From: Paracoccus suum
Lineage (GTDB): Bacteria > Pseudomonadota > Alphaproteobacteria > Rhodobacterales > Rhodobacteraceae
Direction: 5' to 3'
Assembly (NCBI RefSeq): GCF_003324675.1
Contig: NZ_CP030918.1
Coordinates: 300,001-332,000 of the forward strand
Length of the DNA stretch: 32,000 nt
A model generated the notes under the pieces. The model did not search any database. It was not told where the DNA came from and saw only the letters and a program-made list of their open reading frames with translations. The position numbers and the translations under genes were made by a program. This document shows, piece after piece, positions 9,203 through 18,014 of the stretch. How positions within the stretch are numbered: the stretch's first letter is position 1; each line of letters opens with the position of its first letter.

Positions 9203-11733
9203 GCGATACTGACGGGAAGAAGCCGCTGGGTTTGGGTGGTGGTGGTGCTGGCCGTTCGGGCCAGGTGAAGCAGAGCTTCAGCCACGGCCGCACCAAGACG
9301 GTGCAGGTCGAGACCAAGCGCAAGCGTGTTGTGGTGCCGAAAACCGGCGCAGCCGCGCCGCGCCCGGGCTCGGTCGCGGCTGTGGCATCGGACCCGTCCA
9401 AGCGCCCGGCTGGCATCAGCGAAGCGGAAATGGAGCGTCGCCTCAAGGCGTTGCAGGCCGCGCGGGCCCGCGAGGCCGATGAGGCTGTTCAGCGGGCCGC
9501 CGACGAAAAGGCGCGCGAGGAAGAGCGCGAGCGTCGCCGCGCCGAGATCGAAGCCAAGGAGCGTGAGGACCGCGAGCGCGAAGAGGCGCTGCGCCTGAAG
9601 GCCGAGGAAGATCAGCGCAAGCTGCGCGAAGCCGAGGTCCGCGCCCAGCGCAAGGCCGAGGTCACCGCCAAGCCCGCAGCCGCCGACAAGCCCGCCGCCG
9701 ACCGCGCCGCGGCCGAGGCCGCTGCCTCGCGCGCCGAAAAGCCCGGCGTTGCCACCGGCCCGCGCCGCACCGACCGCGATCGCCGCGAGCCGGAGAGCGA
9801 TGCCAAGGCCAAGGCCGCGCGCGAATCGGATCGCCGCACCGGCCGCTTGTCGCTCAGTCAGGCGCTGTCTGGCGGTGGCGAGGGCGGTCGCACGCGCAGC
9901 CTCGCGGCGATGAAGCGCAAGCAGGAAAAGACCCGTCAGAAGGCGATGGGCCTTGGCCAGAAGGCCGAAAAGCAGGTGCGCGATGTGCAGCTGCCCGAAA
10001 CCATCGTCGTGACTGAGCTTGCCAACCGCATGGCCGAGCGCGCGCCTGACGTCATCAAGTCACTGATGCGGATGGGCATGATGGTCACCGGCAACCAGTC
10101 GATCGACGCCGACACGGCGGAACTGGTGATCGAGGAATTCGGCCACCGTGCCGTTCGCGTCAGCGATGCCGACGTCGAGCAAGTGATCGACAGTGTCGAG
10201 GACAAGAGCGAAGACCTCGCGACCCGGCCGCCGATCATCACGATCATGGGCCACGTCGACCACGGCAAGACCAGCCTGCTGGACAAGATCCGCCACGCCA
10301 ACGTCGTCTCGGGCGAGGCTGGCGGCATCACCCAGCATATCGGCGCTTACCAGGTGACGACCGACAGCGGCGCGGTACTGACCTTCCTCGACACGCCTGG
10401 CCACGCGGCGTTCACCTCGATGCGGGCGCGCGGCGCCAACGTCACCGACATCGTCGTGCTGGTCGTTGCCGCCGATGACGCCGTCATGCCGCAGACGGTC
10501 GAGGCGATCAATCACGCTAAGGCCGCGCAAGTGCCGATGATCGTTGCCATCAACAAGATCGACAAGCCGGCCGCCAATCCGCAGAAGGTCCGCACCGACC
10601 TGCTGCAGCACGAGGTCGTGGTCGAGGCCATGTCCGGCGATGTGCAGGACGTCGAAGTCTCGGCCCATACGGGTCAGGGCCTCGATTCGCTCCTGGAAAG
10701 CATCGCCCTGCAGGCCGAGATCCTTGAGCTGCGCGCCAACCCCAAGCGGGCTGCGTCGGGTGCAGTGATCGAAGCCAAGCTGGATGTCGGCCGCGGTCCG
10801 GTCGCGACCGTGCTGGTGCAGAACGGCACCCTGAAGCAGGGCGACATCTTCGTCGTCGGCGAGCAGTGGGGAAAGGTGCGCGCGCTGATCGACGACAAGG
10901 GCGATCGCGTGACCGAGGCCGGCCCGTCTGTCCCGGTCGAGGTCCTGGGCCTGAGCGGCACCCCCGAGGCCGGGGACGTGCTGAACGTGGTCGAGACCGA
11001 GGCGCAGGCGCGCGAGATCGCGGACTACCGGATCAAGGCCGCCAAGGACAAGCGCGCCGCGGCCGGCGCCGCGACCACGCTGGAACAGCTGATGGCCCGC
11101 GCCAAGGCCGACCAGAACGTCGCTGAAATGAGCGTCGTGGTGAAAGCCGACGTTCAGGGCAGCGCCGAAGCCATCGTCCAGGCGCTGGAAAAGGTCGGCA
11201 ACGAAGAGGTCCGCGTGCGCGTGCTGCATTCGGGCGTCGGCGCGATCACCGAAAGCGACGTCGGCCTTGCCGAGGCATCGGGCGCGCCGGTCATCGGCTT
11301 CAACGTCCGCGCCAATGCGCCGGCTCGGAATGCCGCCAACCAGAAAGGTGTCGAGATCCGCTACTACTCGATCATCTACGATCTGGTGGACGACATCAAA
11401 GCCGCCGCCTCGGGCCTGCTGAAAGCCGAAGTGCGCGAGAACTTCATCGGCTATGCGGAAATCCGCGAGGTGTTCCGCGTCTCGGGCGTCGGCAACGTCG
11501 CCGGCTGCCTGGTGACCGAGGGAATCGCCCGCCGAAGCGCGGGTGTGCGCCTGCTGCGAGACAATGTGGTCATCCACGAAGGCACGCTGAAGACGTTGAA
11601 GCGCCACAAGGACGAGGTCAAAGAGGTCCAGTCCGGCCAGGAATGCGGCATGGCGTTCGAAAATTACGAGGACATCCGCAAGGGCGACCTCATCGAAATC
11701 TTTGAGCGCGAGGAGATCGAGCGCAAGCTCTGA
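9199..11733 (+). CDS. infB: Translation initiation factor IF-2
   Basis: ATG 9199 overlaps the ylxR stop (ATGA). Charged E/R/K/A-rich N-terminal region and G-domain [12 protein letters not shown]...DTPGH...NKIDK. 844 aa. The track start at 9001 overlaps ylxR and is rejected. Confidence 0.95.
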   Translation: MSDTDGKKPLGLGGGGAGRSGQVKQSFSHGRTKTVQVETKRKRVVVPKTGAAAPRPGSVAAVASDPSKRPAGISEAEMERRLKALQAARAREADEAVQRAADEKAREEERERRRAEIEAKEREDREREEALRLKAEEDQRKLREAEVRAQRKAEVTAKPAAADKPAADRAAAEAAASRAEKPGVATGPRRTDRDRREPESDAKAKAARESDRRTGRLSLSQALSGGGEGGRTRSLAAMKRKQEKTRQKAMGLGQKAEKQVRDVQLPETIVVTELANRMAERAPDVIKSLMRMGMMVTGNQSIDADTAELVIEEFGHRAVRVSDADVEQVIDSVEDKSEDLATRPPIITIMGHVDHGKTSLLDKIRHANVVSGEAGGITQHIGAYQVTTDSGAVLTFLDTPGHAAFTSMRARGANVTDIVVLVVAADDAVMPQTVEAINHAKAAQVPMIVAINKIDKPAANPQKVRTDLLQHEVVVEAMSGDVQDVEVSAHTGQGLDSLLESIALQAEILELRANPKRAASGAVIEAKLDVGRGPVATVLVQNGTLKQGDIFVVGEQWGKVRALIDDKGDRVTEAGPSVPVEVLGLSGTPEAGDVLNVVETEAQAREIADYRIKAAKDKRAAAGAATTLEQLMARAKADQNVAEMSVVVKADVQGSAEAIVQALEKVGNEEVRVRVLHSGVGAITESDVGLAEASGAPVIGFNVRANAPARNAANQKGVEIRYYSIIYDLVDDIKAAASGLLKAEVRENFIGYAEIREVFRVSGVGNVAGCLVTEGIARRSAGVRLLRDNVVIHEGTLKTLKRHKDEVKEVQSGQECGMAFENYEDIRKGDLIEIFEREEIERKL

Positions 11734-11758
11734 TCCCAAGCGTCACGAAGCATAAGGG

Positions 11759-11785
11759 GGGCCGGGCAACCGGCCCTTTTCTTTT
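11759..11785 (+). terminator. infB rho-independent terminator
   Basis: GGGCCGG-GCAA-CCGGCCC followed by TTTTCTTTT, 26 nt after the infB stop. Confidence 0.8.
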
Positions 11786-12001
11786 GCCTCGGTCTCGGGA
11801 TGGATCAGGGTCTGCCAGTGGCAGACAGGTACCCGGTTTTTATACTGGCGCGGCGCATCGAGGAGCTGGAGGTCCCGCACTTTCCTGTCTGGACCACCGC
11901 ACCGAGAACTGGCGAAGACGAGTCCATCTGCGGTCATCGTGTCACGCATTCGCTAAGCTAGCAGTTGAACGCCGCATGCAAAGCTGGAGGCCTGCGGCCG
12001 G

Positions 12002-12051
12002 GAGCTGAGCTGAGCTGAGAGGCGAGAGCCCAGAGCCCAGAGTCCAGAGCC
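12002..12051. repeat. Two adjacent short tandem repeats: (GAGCT)x3 and (CAGAGYC)x4
   Basis: Read directly. GAGCTGAGCTGAGCTGAG at 12002-12019. GAGAGCC CAGAGCC CAGAGTC CAGAGCC at 12024-12051. Confidence 0.85.
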
Positions 12052-12063
12052 GGAACAGATGAA

Positions 12064-12089
12064 AGGGGCGCTCTGCAAAGGACGCCCCT
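12064..12089 (-). terminator. Hairpin that could terminate a minus-strand transcript from the small ORF region
   Basis: AGGGGCG...CGCCCCT 7-bp stem. On the minus strand it is followed by the moderately U-rich TTCATCTGTTCC. Weak call. Confidence 0.3.
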
Positions 12090-12281
12090 CGTCTTCAGAT
12101 CACTGTCCGCCGCCTTGTCCGATAACGCGTAAGGGATGCTATCGCTTCGTCCGGCTCGTATCGACCGGTTTACTCTTGACCGGCTTTTATTCGCGCAATT
12201 CTACACTGTCTTGACGACGTCGATCGGCCCCGACTCGAGTTGTTGGCTTCCCCCAACCCCCCGCGACGCCTGTCTGCCAGA

Positions 12282-12452
12282 TCAGCCAGTAACCGGCTTG
12301 CCCTGAAAGACTTTGTCCCCGACGCGCACCGCGATGGTGCCGTTGGAGTTCTGCCGCTCGAACATCCCCTGGACCGAGATGTAGCTGCCGATGGTGATGG
12401 TGCGAATCACGTTCCAGATCTCCTCTTCCCCGTAAGCCCATGATTGCGACAA
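12282..12452 (-). CDS. Orphan small protein (56 aa from TTG 12452, or 42 aa from GTG 12410), function unknown
   Basis: Not in the ORF track, and in a different frame from track ORF 12187..12468. Translation: (L)SQSWAYGEEEIWNVIRTITIGSYISVQGMFERQNSNGTIAVRVGDKVFQGKPVTG*. About 46 of 52 third positions counted are G/C, matching the host coding bias. AGGAG sits 9 nt upstream of the internal GTG at 12410. Stop TGA at 12282-12284. Confidence 0.4.
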   Translation of the reverse strand: MSQSWAYGEEEIWNVIRTITIGSYISVQGMFERQNSNGTIAVRVGDKVFQGKPVTG

Positions 12453-12456
12453 ATTC

Positions 12457-12472
12457 GTTAATGGCCACTTAA
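12457..12472 (-). promoter_or_regulatory. Perfect CtrA-type box TTAA-N7-TTAAC upstream of the small ORF
   Basis: The minus strand reads TTAAGTGGCCATTAAC. TTAA tetramers are rare in this window. The box would place a transcription start about 15-25 nt upstream of the AGGAG/GTG 12410 start. Confidence 0.4.
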
Positions 12473-12498
12473 AAAAATTGTATCGGCCTTAAAAAAAT
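12463..12498. repeat. Direct repeat GGCC(A)CTTAAAAAAAT x2 with A7 tracts phased 20 bp apart, inside a ~30% GC patch
   Basis: Read directly: ggccacTTAAAAAAAt at 12463-12478 and ggccTTAAAAAAAt at 12485-12498. My hand count for 12441-12500 is 18 G+C in 60 nt. Confidence 0.85.
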
Positions 12499-12542
12499 AA
12501 CCTGCGGTTGTCGTGAACATGCCCCGGCGGGGCCGAGAAGCC

Positions 12543-12941
12543 CTACAGCCAGTCGCGCAAAATGGGGATCAGCGGCTTGTCCGCGGGCGGCATCGGGTAG
12601 CTTTGCAGATCGCGTGCGCGCACCCAGGCCAGCCCCTGCCCCTCGCGCGGGATCACCTGCCCGGTCCAGCGTCGGCAGGCGAAAAGCGGCATAAGCAAAT
12701 GAAAATGTTCATAGTCATGGCTGGCGAAAGTCAGGGGCGCGAGGCAGCTTTGCCAGGTCTCGATCCCCAGTTCCTCCTGCAGCTCGCGGATCAGCGCGGT
12801 CTCGGGGGTCTCGCCCAGCTCGACCTTGCCGCCAGGAAATTCCCAGAGGCCAGCCAGCGACTTGCCTTCGGGACGTTGCGCCAAAAGCACGCGTCCTTCG
12901 GGGTCGATCAGCGCCGCCGCCGCGACGAGGAGCAGTTTCAC
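12543..12941 (-). CDS. mutT: 8-oxo-dGTP diphosphatase (NUDIX hydrolase MutT)
   Basis: Nudix box GGKVELGETPETALIRELQEELG. The GTG start at 12941 overlaps the argJ stop (GTGA). The track N-terminal extension to 12995 lies inside argJ and is rejected. Confidence 0.85.
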   Translation of the reverse strand: MKLLLVAAAALIDPEGRVLLAQRPEGKSLAGLWEFPGGKVELGETPETALIRELQEELGIETWQSCLAPLTFASHDYEHFHLLMPLFACRRWTGQVIPREGQGLAWVRARDLQSYPMPPADKPLIPILRDWL

Positions 12942-14191
12942 GAGCGGTAATCGGCGTTGATGTCGATGTAGCGATGGGTTAGATCGCAGGTCCACACAGT
13001 CCGCGCGCCGTCGCCAAGGCCGAGATCGACCGTCAACACCAGCTCCGGCTGGCGCATGTAGGCCGAGGCCGCGGCTTCGTCATAATCGGGCACGCGGAAG
13101 CCGTCGCGCGCCAGGATCATGTCGCCAAAGCCGATGGCCAGCCGGTCCCGATCGGCTTTGGCGCCGGATTTCCCGACGGCCGCGACCACCCTGCCCCAGT
13201 TGGCGTCCTCGCCGGCGATGGCCGTCTTGACCAACGGGCTGTTGGCAATCGACATCGCGACGCGGTGGGCGTCGGCCACATCTGCCGCACCGGTGACGCG
13301 CACCTCGACGAACTTGGTCGCGCCTTCGCCGTCACGCACCACCTGCTGTGCCAGATCGCGCATCACTCCCGCCAGCGCGGTGCTGAACGCCTGGCCGTCC
13401 GCGCTGCCAGCGTCAGTGATCGCGGCTGCCTTAGCCCGGCCGGTCGCCGCCAGAACCAGCGCGTCCGAAGTCGAGGTGTCGCTGTCGACCGTGATCGCGT
13501 TGAAGGTGGCGTCGATGTTGTCGCTCAGCATCTGCTGCAGGACGGGAGCCGGGAGCGTGGCATCGGTAAAGATATAGACCAGCATGGTCGCCATGTCGGG
13601 CGCGATCATGCCGCTTCCCTTGGCGATGCCGGCGATGCGTACCCTGCCGCCGGTGACGGCAACCTCCGCCGCCGCGCCCTTGGGGAAGGTGTCGGTGGTC
13701 ATGATCGCGCGCGCAGCAGCGGCGATGCCGCCGGGCGACAGTTCGGAGACAAGCGCCGGGACGATCTCGCTGATGCGATCCGCGGGCAGCGGCTCGCCGA
13801 TCACCCCGGTCGAGGAGGACAGCACCCGCCCGCCCGGCACGCCGAGGGCTGCCGCTACGGCGCCGGTGACCTCGGCGACCGCGGACTCTCCCAGGCGCCC
13901 CGTAAAGGCATTGGCGTTGCCGGAATTGACAACGATAGCCGCGCCGGCTGCATCATCGCCCCCGGCCGCCAGCTTGGCCTGGGCATCGAGGATGCAGGCC
14001 GCGCGGGTCGAGGACCGGGTGAAGGCCCCCGCCAGCGTCGTGCCTGGCGCCAGGCTGACCAGCATGACGTCGGCGCGGCCCTTGTACTTGACCCCGGCGG
14101 CACCGGCGGCGAAGGCGGCGCCGTCGATCACCGGCAGGTCGGGAAACCGCGCGGGCGCGAGTGGCGAGACGGGGTTATCAGCCTTGGCCAT
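12938..14191 (-). CDS. argJ: Bifunctional glutamate N-acetyltransferase / amino-acid acetyltransferase
   Basis: 417 aa with AGVKYKGR.D, MTTDTFPK and the autoprocessing-site region ATMLVYIFTDA. AAGGAGG Shine-Dalgarno inside the end of the upstream PPIase gene. Confidence 0.95.
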   Translation of the reverse strand: MAKADNPVSPLAPARFPDLPVIDGAAFAAGAAGVKYKGRADVMLVSLAPGTTLAGAFTRSSTRAACILDAQAKLAAGGDDAAGAAIVVNSGNANAFTGRLGESAVAEVTGAVAAALGVPGGRVLSSSTGVIGEPLPADRISEIVPALVSELSPGGIAAAARAIMTTDTFPKGAAAEVAVTGGRVRIAGIAKGSGMIAPDMATMLVYIFTDATLPAPVLQQMLSDNIDATFNAITVDSDTSTSDALVLAATGRAKAAAITDAGSADGQAFSTALAGVMRDLAQQVVRDGEGATKFVEVRVTGAADVADAHRVAMSIANSPLVKTAIAGEDANWGRVVAAVGKSGAKADRDRLAIGFGDMILARDGFRVPDYDEAAASAYMRQPELVLTVDLGLGDGARTVWTCDLTHRYIDINADYRS

Positions 14192-14194
14192 GGG

Positions 14195-15028
14195 TCACTG
14201 AGCCTCCTTCAGCAGGTCGGGCGACAGGCCTTCGACCTTGTCGACCTTTGCCTCGCCCAGCACACGCGCGATATCGGCGTCCACCCGCTCGCGACGAACG
14301 GCCTGCGCCAGCTCGGCGGTCACTTCCTCGAACTTCGGCGCGGTCTTGATGCGCTCGTCGTTCAGCTTGATCACGTGCCAGCCGAACTGGGTCTGCACAG
14401 GTGCGCTGACGTCTCCCTTTTTTAGCTTGGCGACGGCGTCGGCGAAGGGCTTGACCATCATGTCCAGCGTGAACCAGCCCAGATCGCCCTTGTTCGGGCC
14501 GGACGGGCCGGTCGAGCGCGCCTCGGCGACCGCGCCGAACTCCTTGCCGGCGGCGAGATCGGCCTCGACGGCCTTGGCCGCCTCCTCGGTCTCGACCAAG
14601 ATATGGCTGGCGTTGTATTCGGTAACCTCGCCCGCCTTGCCGTAGATCTTGTCATAGGCGGCGCGCAGCTCGGCCTCGGTCGGCTCGGGCGCCGCGATCT
14701 TTTCCAGCGCTACGCTTGCCAGATAGGCGCGCCGCTGCAGCGCAAGGCCGGCCTTGTCCTGCGGGCTCAGCTTGCCTTCGGACTGCTGGGCCACGGCCAC
14801 TTGCCGTGTGATCTGGTCCAGCACCATGTCCCACAGGGCCGTTGCCGGCAGCTCAGCCGCCTGCGGACCGATATTGGCGGCAAGCGCCCGCATCTCGCCA
14901 AGGGTGATGACCTCGCCATTTACCGTGGCGACGGTGGTGTCGTCCCCGGCGGCCGGTGCGGCATAGGTCGCGGGAGCGGCAAGACCGAGCGCGGCGAGGG
15001 TGCAAAGCATCTTAAGGTTGAGGCGCAT
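14195..15028 (-). CDS. Periplasmic parvulin-type peptidyl-prolyl isomerase (SurA/PpiC-like)
   Basis: Signal peptide MRLNLKMLCTLAALGLAAPATYA. Parvulin domain ASHILVETEEAA...GDLGWF...F.DAV..LKKGDVS.PVQTQFGWHVIKL. ATG 15028 is preferred over the track TTG at 15034. Confidence 0.85.
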   Translation of the reverse strand: MRLNLKMLCTLAALGLAAPATYAAPAAGDDTTVATVNGEVITLGEMRALAANIGPQAAELPATALWDMVLDQITRQVAVAQQSEGKLSPQDKAGLALQRRAYLASVALEKIAAPEPTEAELRAAYDKIYGKAGEVTEYNASHILVETEEAAKAVEADLAAGKEFGAVAEARSTGPSGPNKGDLGWFTLDMMVKPFADAVAKLKKGDVSAPVQTQFGWHVIKLNDERIKTAPKFEEVTAELAQAVRRERVDADIARVLGEAKVDKVEGLSPDLLKEAQ

Positions 15029-15084
15029 GGGCAAGGGCCCCTTTCACGGGCTGTGGACACGCGCGGGCGTGACCGGGGCTGACG

Positions 15085-15113
15085 TTGACAGGGCGGCAGG
15101 GGGCGCATACATC
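15085..15113 (+). promoter_or_regulatory. Candidate sigma70-type promoter for secA
   Basis: TTGACA (15085-15090), 17-nt spacer, TACATC (15108-15113). This would give a ~125-nt leader before the secA ATG. Confidence 0.35.
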
Positions 15114-15242
15114 CGGCGCGAAACCGGGAAAGCGCACCCGCCGCTTTTCGTGCAGGCCCCCTGATACGGCAAGCCGATCGGTGCGGGCAAGTGGGCCGTC
15201 CACCCCGCCGCCTTCCCTCCGGGACACGAGTTAGGGAACGCA

Positions 15243-17942
15243 ATGATCGGCAATCTGGCGAAGATGATCTTCGGCACGCCCAACGATCGAAAGATCAAGG
15301 CCACGTGGCCGGCAGTGCATCGCATCAACGCGCTCGAGCCGCAGTTTCAAGCACTCTCCGACGATCAGCTGATCGCCAAGACGCGCGAATTGCAGGCCCG
15401 CGCCCAAAAGGGCGAGCCGCTGGACAACCTGCTGGTCGAGGCCTTCGCAAACTGCCGAGAGGGAGCGCGCCGCGCCCTCGGCCTGCGCGCCTTCGACACG
15501 CAGCTGCTGGGTGGCATCTTCCTGCACGAAGGCAACATCGCCGAGATGAAGACGGGCGAGGGCAAGACCCTGGTCGCGACCTTTCCGGCCTACCTGAATG
15601 CCCTTGCCGGCAAGGGCGTGCATGTCGTCACGGTCAACGACTACCTGGCCAAGCGCGACGCCGAATGGATGAGCAAGGTGTTCACCCAGCTGGGCCTGAC
15701 CACCGGCGTCGTCTACCCCTTCCAGCCCGAGCCCGAAAAGCGCCAGGCCTACGCCGCCGACATCACCTACGCGACCAACAACGAGCTTGGGTTCGACTAT
15801 CTGCGCGACAACATGAAGGCCTCGCTGGAGGAGATGGTCCAGCGCGACCATTTCTACGCCATCGTGGACGAGGTCGACTCGATCCTTGTGGACGAGGCGC
15901 GGACCCCGTTGATCATCTCCGGTCCGTCACAGGACCGCAGCGATCTGTATCGCACGCTCGACGCGTTCATGCCGGAAATCCGTCCCGAGCATTTCAAGAT
16001 CGACGAAAAGGCCCGCAGCGCCACCCTCACCGAGGAGGGCAATGAATATTTCGAGCAACGCCTGCTGCAAGCGGGCGTGCTGCCCGAGAATCAGCGCCTG
16101 TATGACCCGGAGAGCACAACGATCGTGCACCACCTGGTCCAGGCCCTGCGCGCCCACAAGCTGTATCACCGCGACCAGCAATACATCGTCCGCGACGGCG
16201 AGGTGATGCTGATCGACGAATTTACCGGCCGCATGATGAAGGGCCGGCGCCTGTCTGACGGGTTGCACCAGGCCATCGAGGCCAAGGAAAATGTCGAGAT
16301 CCAGCCCGAGAACGTGACCCTCGCCAGCGTCACCTTCCAGAACTACTTCCGCCTTTACGACAAGCTGGCCGGCATGACCGGCACCGCGGCAACCGAAGCC
16401 GAGGAATTCGCCGAGATCTACAAGCTGGGCGTGGTCGAGGTGCCAACCAACCGACCGATCCAGCGCGTGGACGAGCATGACCGCGTCTATCGCACCGCCG
16501 ACGAAAAGCATGCCGCGGTGATCGAGGCGATCCGCGAGGCACATGGACGCGGCCAGCCGATGCTGGTCGGCACCACCTCAATCGAAAAGTCCGAGATGCT
16601 CTCGCGCCTGCTGACGGACGCCGGCATCCCGCACAACGTCCTGAACGCCCGCCAGCACGAGGCCGAGGCGCAGATCGTCGCCGACGCCGGCAAGCCGGGC
16701 GCCGTGACCATCGCCACCAACATGGCCGGCCGCGGCACCGACATCCAGCTGGGCGGCAACGTCGAGATGAAGGTGATGGAGGCGCTGGCCGCCGACCCCG
16801 AGGCCCACCCCGACGCGGTGCGCGCCCGGATCGAGGCCGAGCATGCCGCCGACAAGCAGGCCGTGCTGAACGCCGGCGGCCTCTTCGTGCTTGCGACCGA
16901 GCGGCACGAGAGCCGGCGCATCGACAACCAGCTGCGGGGCCGGTCCGGCCGTCAGGGCGACCCGGGACGCTCGCTGTTTTTCCTGTCGCTCGACGACGAC
17001 CTGATGCGGATCTTCGGCTCCGAGCGGCTGGACAAGGTCCTCTCGACCCTCGGCATGAAGGAGGGCGAGGCGATCATCCACCCGTGGGTGAACAAGTCGC
17101 TGGAGCGCGCGCAGGCCAAGGTCGAGGGCCGTAACTTCGACATCCGCAAGCAATTGCTGAAATTCGACGACGTGATGAACGACCAGCGCAAGGCGATCTT
17201 CGCCCAGCGCCGCGAGATCATGGAATCGGGCGAGGTGTCCGAGATCGCCGCCGACATGCGCCATCAGGTCATCGACGATCTGGTTGACGAGTTCCTGCCG
17301 CCGCGCAGTTATCCCGAGCAGTGGGACGTCGAGGGTCTGAAAAAGGCCGCGATCGAGCGGCTGAACCTGGACCTGCCGATCGTGGAATGGGCTGCCGAGG
17401 ACGGTGTCGATCAGGCCGCCATGCTCGAGCGGATCGAGGCCGCCTCGGATGAATATATGGCCAAGAAAGCCGAGCAGTTCGGCGGCGACACCATGCGCCA
17501 GATCGAAAAGCAGGTGCTGCTGCAACAGATCGACAGCAAGTGGCGCGAACATCTGGTGACGCTCGAACACCTGCGCAGCGTCGTCGGCTTCCGCGGTTAC
17601 GCCCAGCGCGACCCGCTGTCCGAATACAAGACCGAGAGCTTTCAGCTGTTCGAGGGCCTGCTCGACAGCCTGCGCGGCGAGGTCACGACTAACCTGACCC
17701 GGATCCGCCCGCTGTCGGACGAGGAGCGGGCCGAGATGATGCGCCAGTATCAGGACCAGCTGACCGCCCAGCAGGAATCGATGCGGCCGCAGCACGAGGA
17801 GGCCGATGGTGGCGCAGCCACTGCCGCGGCCCCCGGCTTTGACGAGACCGATCCGGCGACCTGGGGTAACCCCTCGCGCAACGATCCCTGCCCCTGCGGG
17901 TCCGGCCTGAAGTTTAAACACTGCCACGGCAGCCTCGTCTGA
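15243..17942 (+). CDS. secA: Preprotein translocase ATPase SecA
   Basis: 899 aa. [11 protein letters not shown]-terminus, Walker [30 protein letters not shown], and the C-terminal zinc motif [14 protein letters not shown]. Confidence 0.97.
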   Translation: MIGNLAKMIFGTPNDRKIKATWPAVHRINALEPQFQALSDDQLIAKTRELQARAQKGEPLDNLLVEAFANCREGARRALGLRAFDTQLLGGIFLHEGNIAEMKTGEGKTLVATFPAYLNALAGKGVHVVTVNDYLAKRDAEWMSKVFTQLGLTTGVVYPFQPEPEKRQAYAADITYATNNELGFDYLRDNMKASLEEMVQRDHFYAIVDEVDSILVDEARTPLIISGPSQDRSDLYRTLDAFMPEIRPEHFKIDEKARSATLTEEGNEYFEQRLLQAGVLPENQRLYDPESTTIVHHLVQALRAHKLYHRDQQYIVRDGEVMLIDEFTGRMMKGRRLSDGLHQAIEAKENVEIQPENVTLASVTFQNYFRLYDKLAGMTGTAATEAEEFAEIYKLGVVEVPTNRPIQRVDEHDRVYRTADEKHAAVIEAIREAHGRGQPMLVGTTSIEKSEMLSRLLTDAGIPHNVLNARQHEAEAQIVADAGKPGAVTIATNMAGRGTDIQLGGNVEMKVMEALAADPEAHPDAVRARIEAEHAADKQAVLNAGGLFVLATERHESRRIDNQLRGRSGRQGDPGRSLFFLSLDDDLMRIFGSERLDKVLSTLGMKEGEAIIHPWVNKSLERAQAKVEGRNFDIRKQLLKFDDVMNDQRKAIFAQRREIMESGEVSEIAADMRHQVIDDLVDEFLPPRSYPEQWDVEGLKKAAIERLNLDLPIVEWAAEDGVDQAAMLERIEAASDEYMAKKAEQFGGDTMRQIEKQVLLQQIDSKWREHLVTLEHLRSVVGFRGYAQRDPLSEYKTESFQLFEGLLDSLRGEVTTNLTRIRPLSDEERAEMMRQYQDQLTAQQESMRPQHEEADGGAATAAAPGFDETDPATWGNPSRNDPCPCGSGLKFKHCHGSLV

Positions 17943-17949
17943 GGCGGCT

Positions 17950-17972
17950 GGGCCGGCCTGACTGGCCGGCCC
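17950..17972. terminator. GC-rich hairpin between convergent secA and the response regulator gene
   Basis: GGGCCGGCC-TGACT-GGCCGGCCC, a perfect 9-bp stem 8 nt after the secA stop. No U-tract. Confidence 0.5.
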
Positions 17973-18014
17973 GTCACGTCGCTGGCCTCGGTCCCCGCCG
18001 CTTGGCCCCTGTCC

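Noticed and set aside
10060-11739. 559-aa minus-strand ORF antisense to infB
   Set aside because: Shadow ORF opposite the IF-2 G-domain and C-terminal domains. No motifs recognised.
11743-12008. Small ORFs in the post-infB spacer: minus 11743..11949 (..DGLVFASSRCGGP.., faintly integrase-like), plus 11784..12008, plus 11800..11961, and the Cys-rich plus ORF from ATG 12059
   Set aside because: GC3 is only ~55-70% by hand count versus ~85-90% in the genes counted here. There are no Shine-Dalgarno sequences. One ORF reads through the infB terminator, and no family was recognised. They are kept only as possible pseudogene remnants in the spacer finding.
12002-12051. Possibility that the short tandem repeats represent a CRISPR array or a minisatellite-encoded peptide
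   Set aside because: The units are 5 and 7 bp with no spacers. That is far too short for CRISPR, and no ORF with a start codon spans them.
12187-12468. 93-aa track ORF on the minus strand (MAINEFVAIMGLRGRGDLERDSHHHH...)
   Set aside because: The third-position bias is wrong for this frame. The +1 frame over the same DNA has near-uniform G/C third positions and a protein-like sequence, so I called that frame instead (12282..12452).
12501-12542. mutT terminator: GCCCC-GGC-GGGGC hairpin with T7 tracts further downstream on the minus strand
   Set aside because: The stem is only 5 bp with a 3-nt loop, and the T-tracts begin ~20 nt (12491-12497) and ~40 nt (12471-12477) downstream of it rather than adjacent to it. 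This is not a convincing intrinsic terminator. The T/A tracts are better explained as part of the promoter and curved-DNA patch.
16578-17927. 449-aa minus-strand ORF (and 15231..15851, 15927..16544) antisense to secA
   Set aside because: Shadow ORFs opposite an unmistakable SecA.
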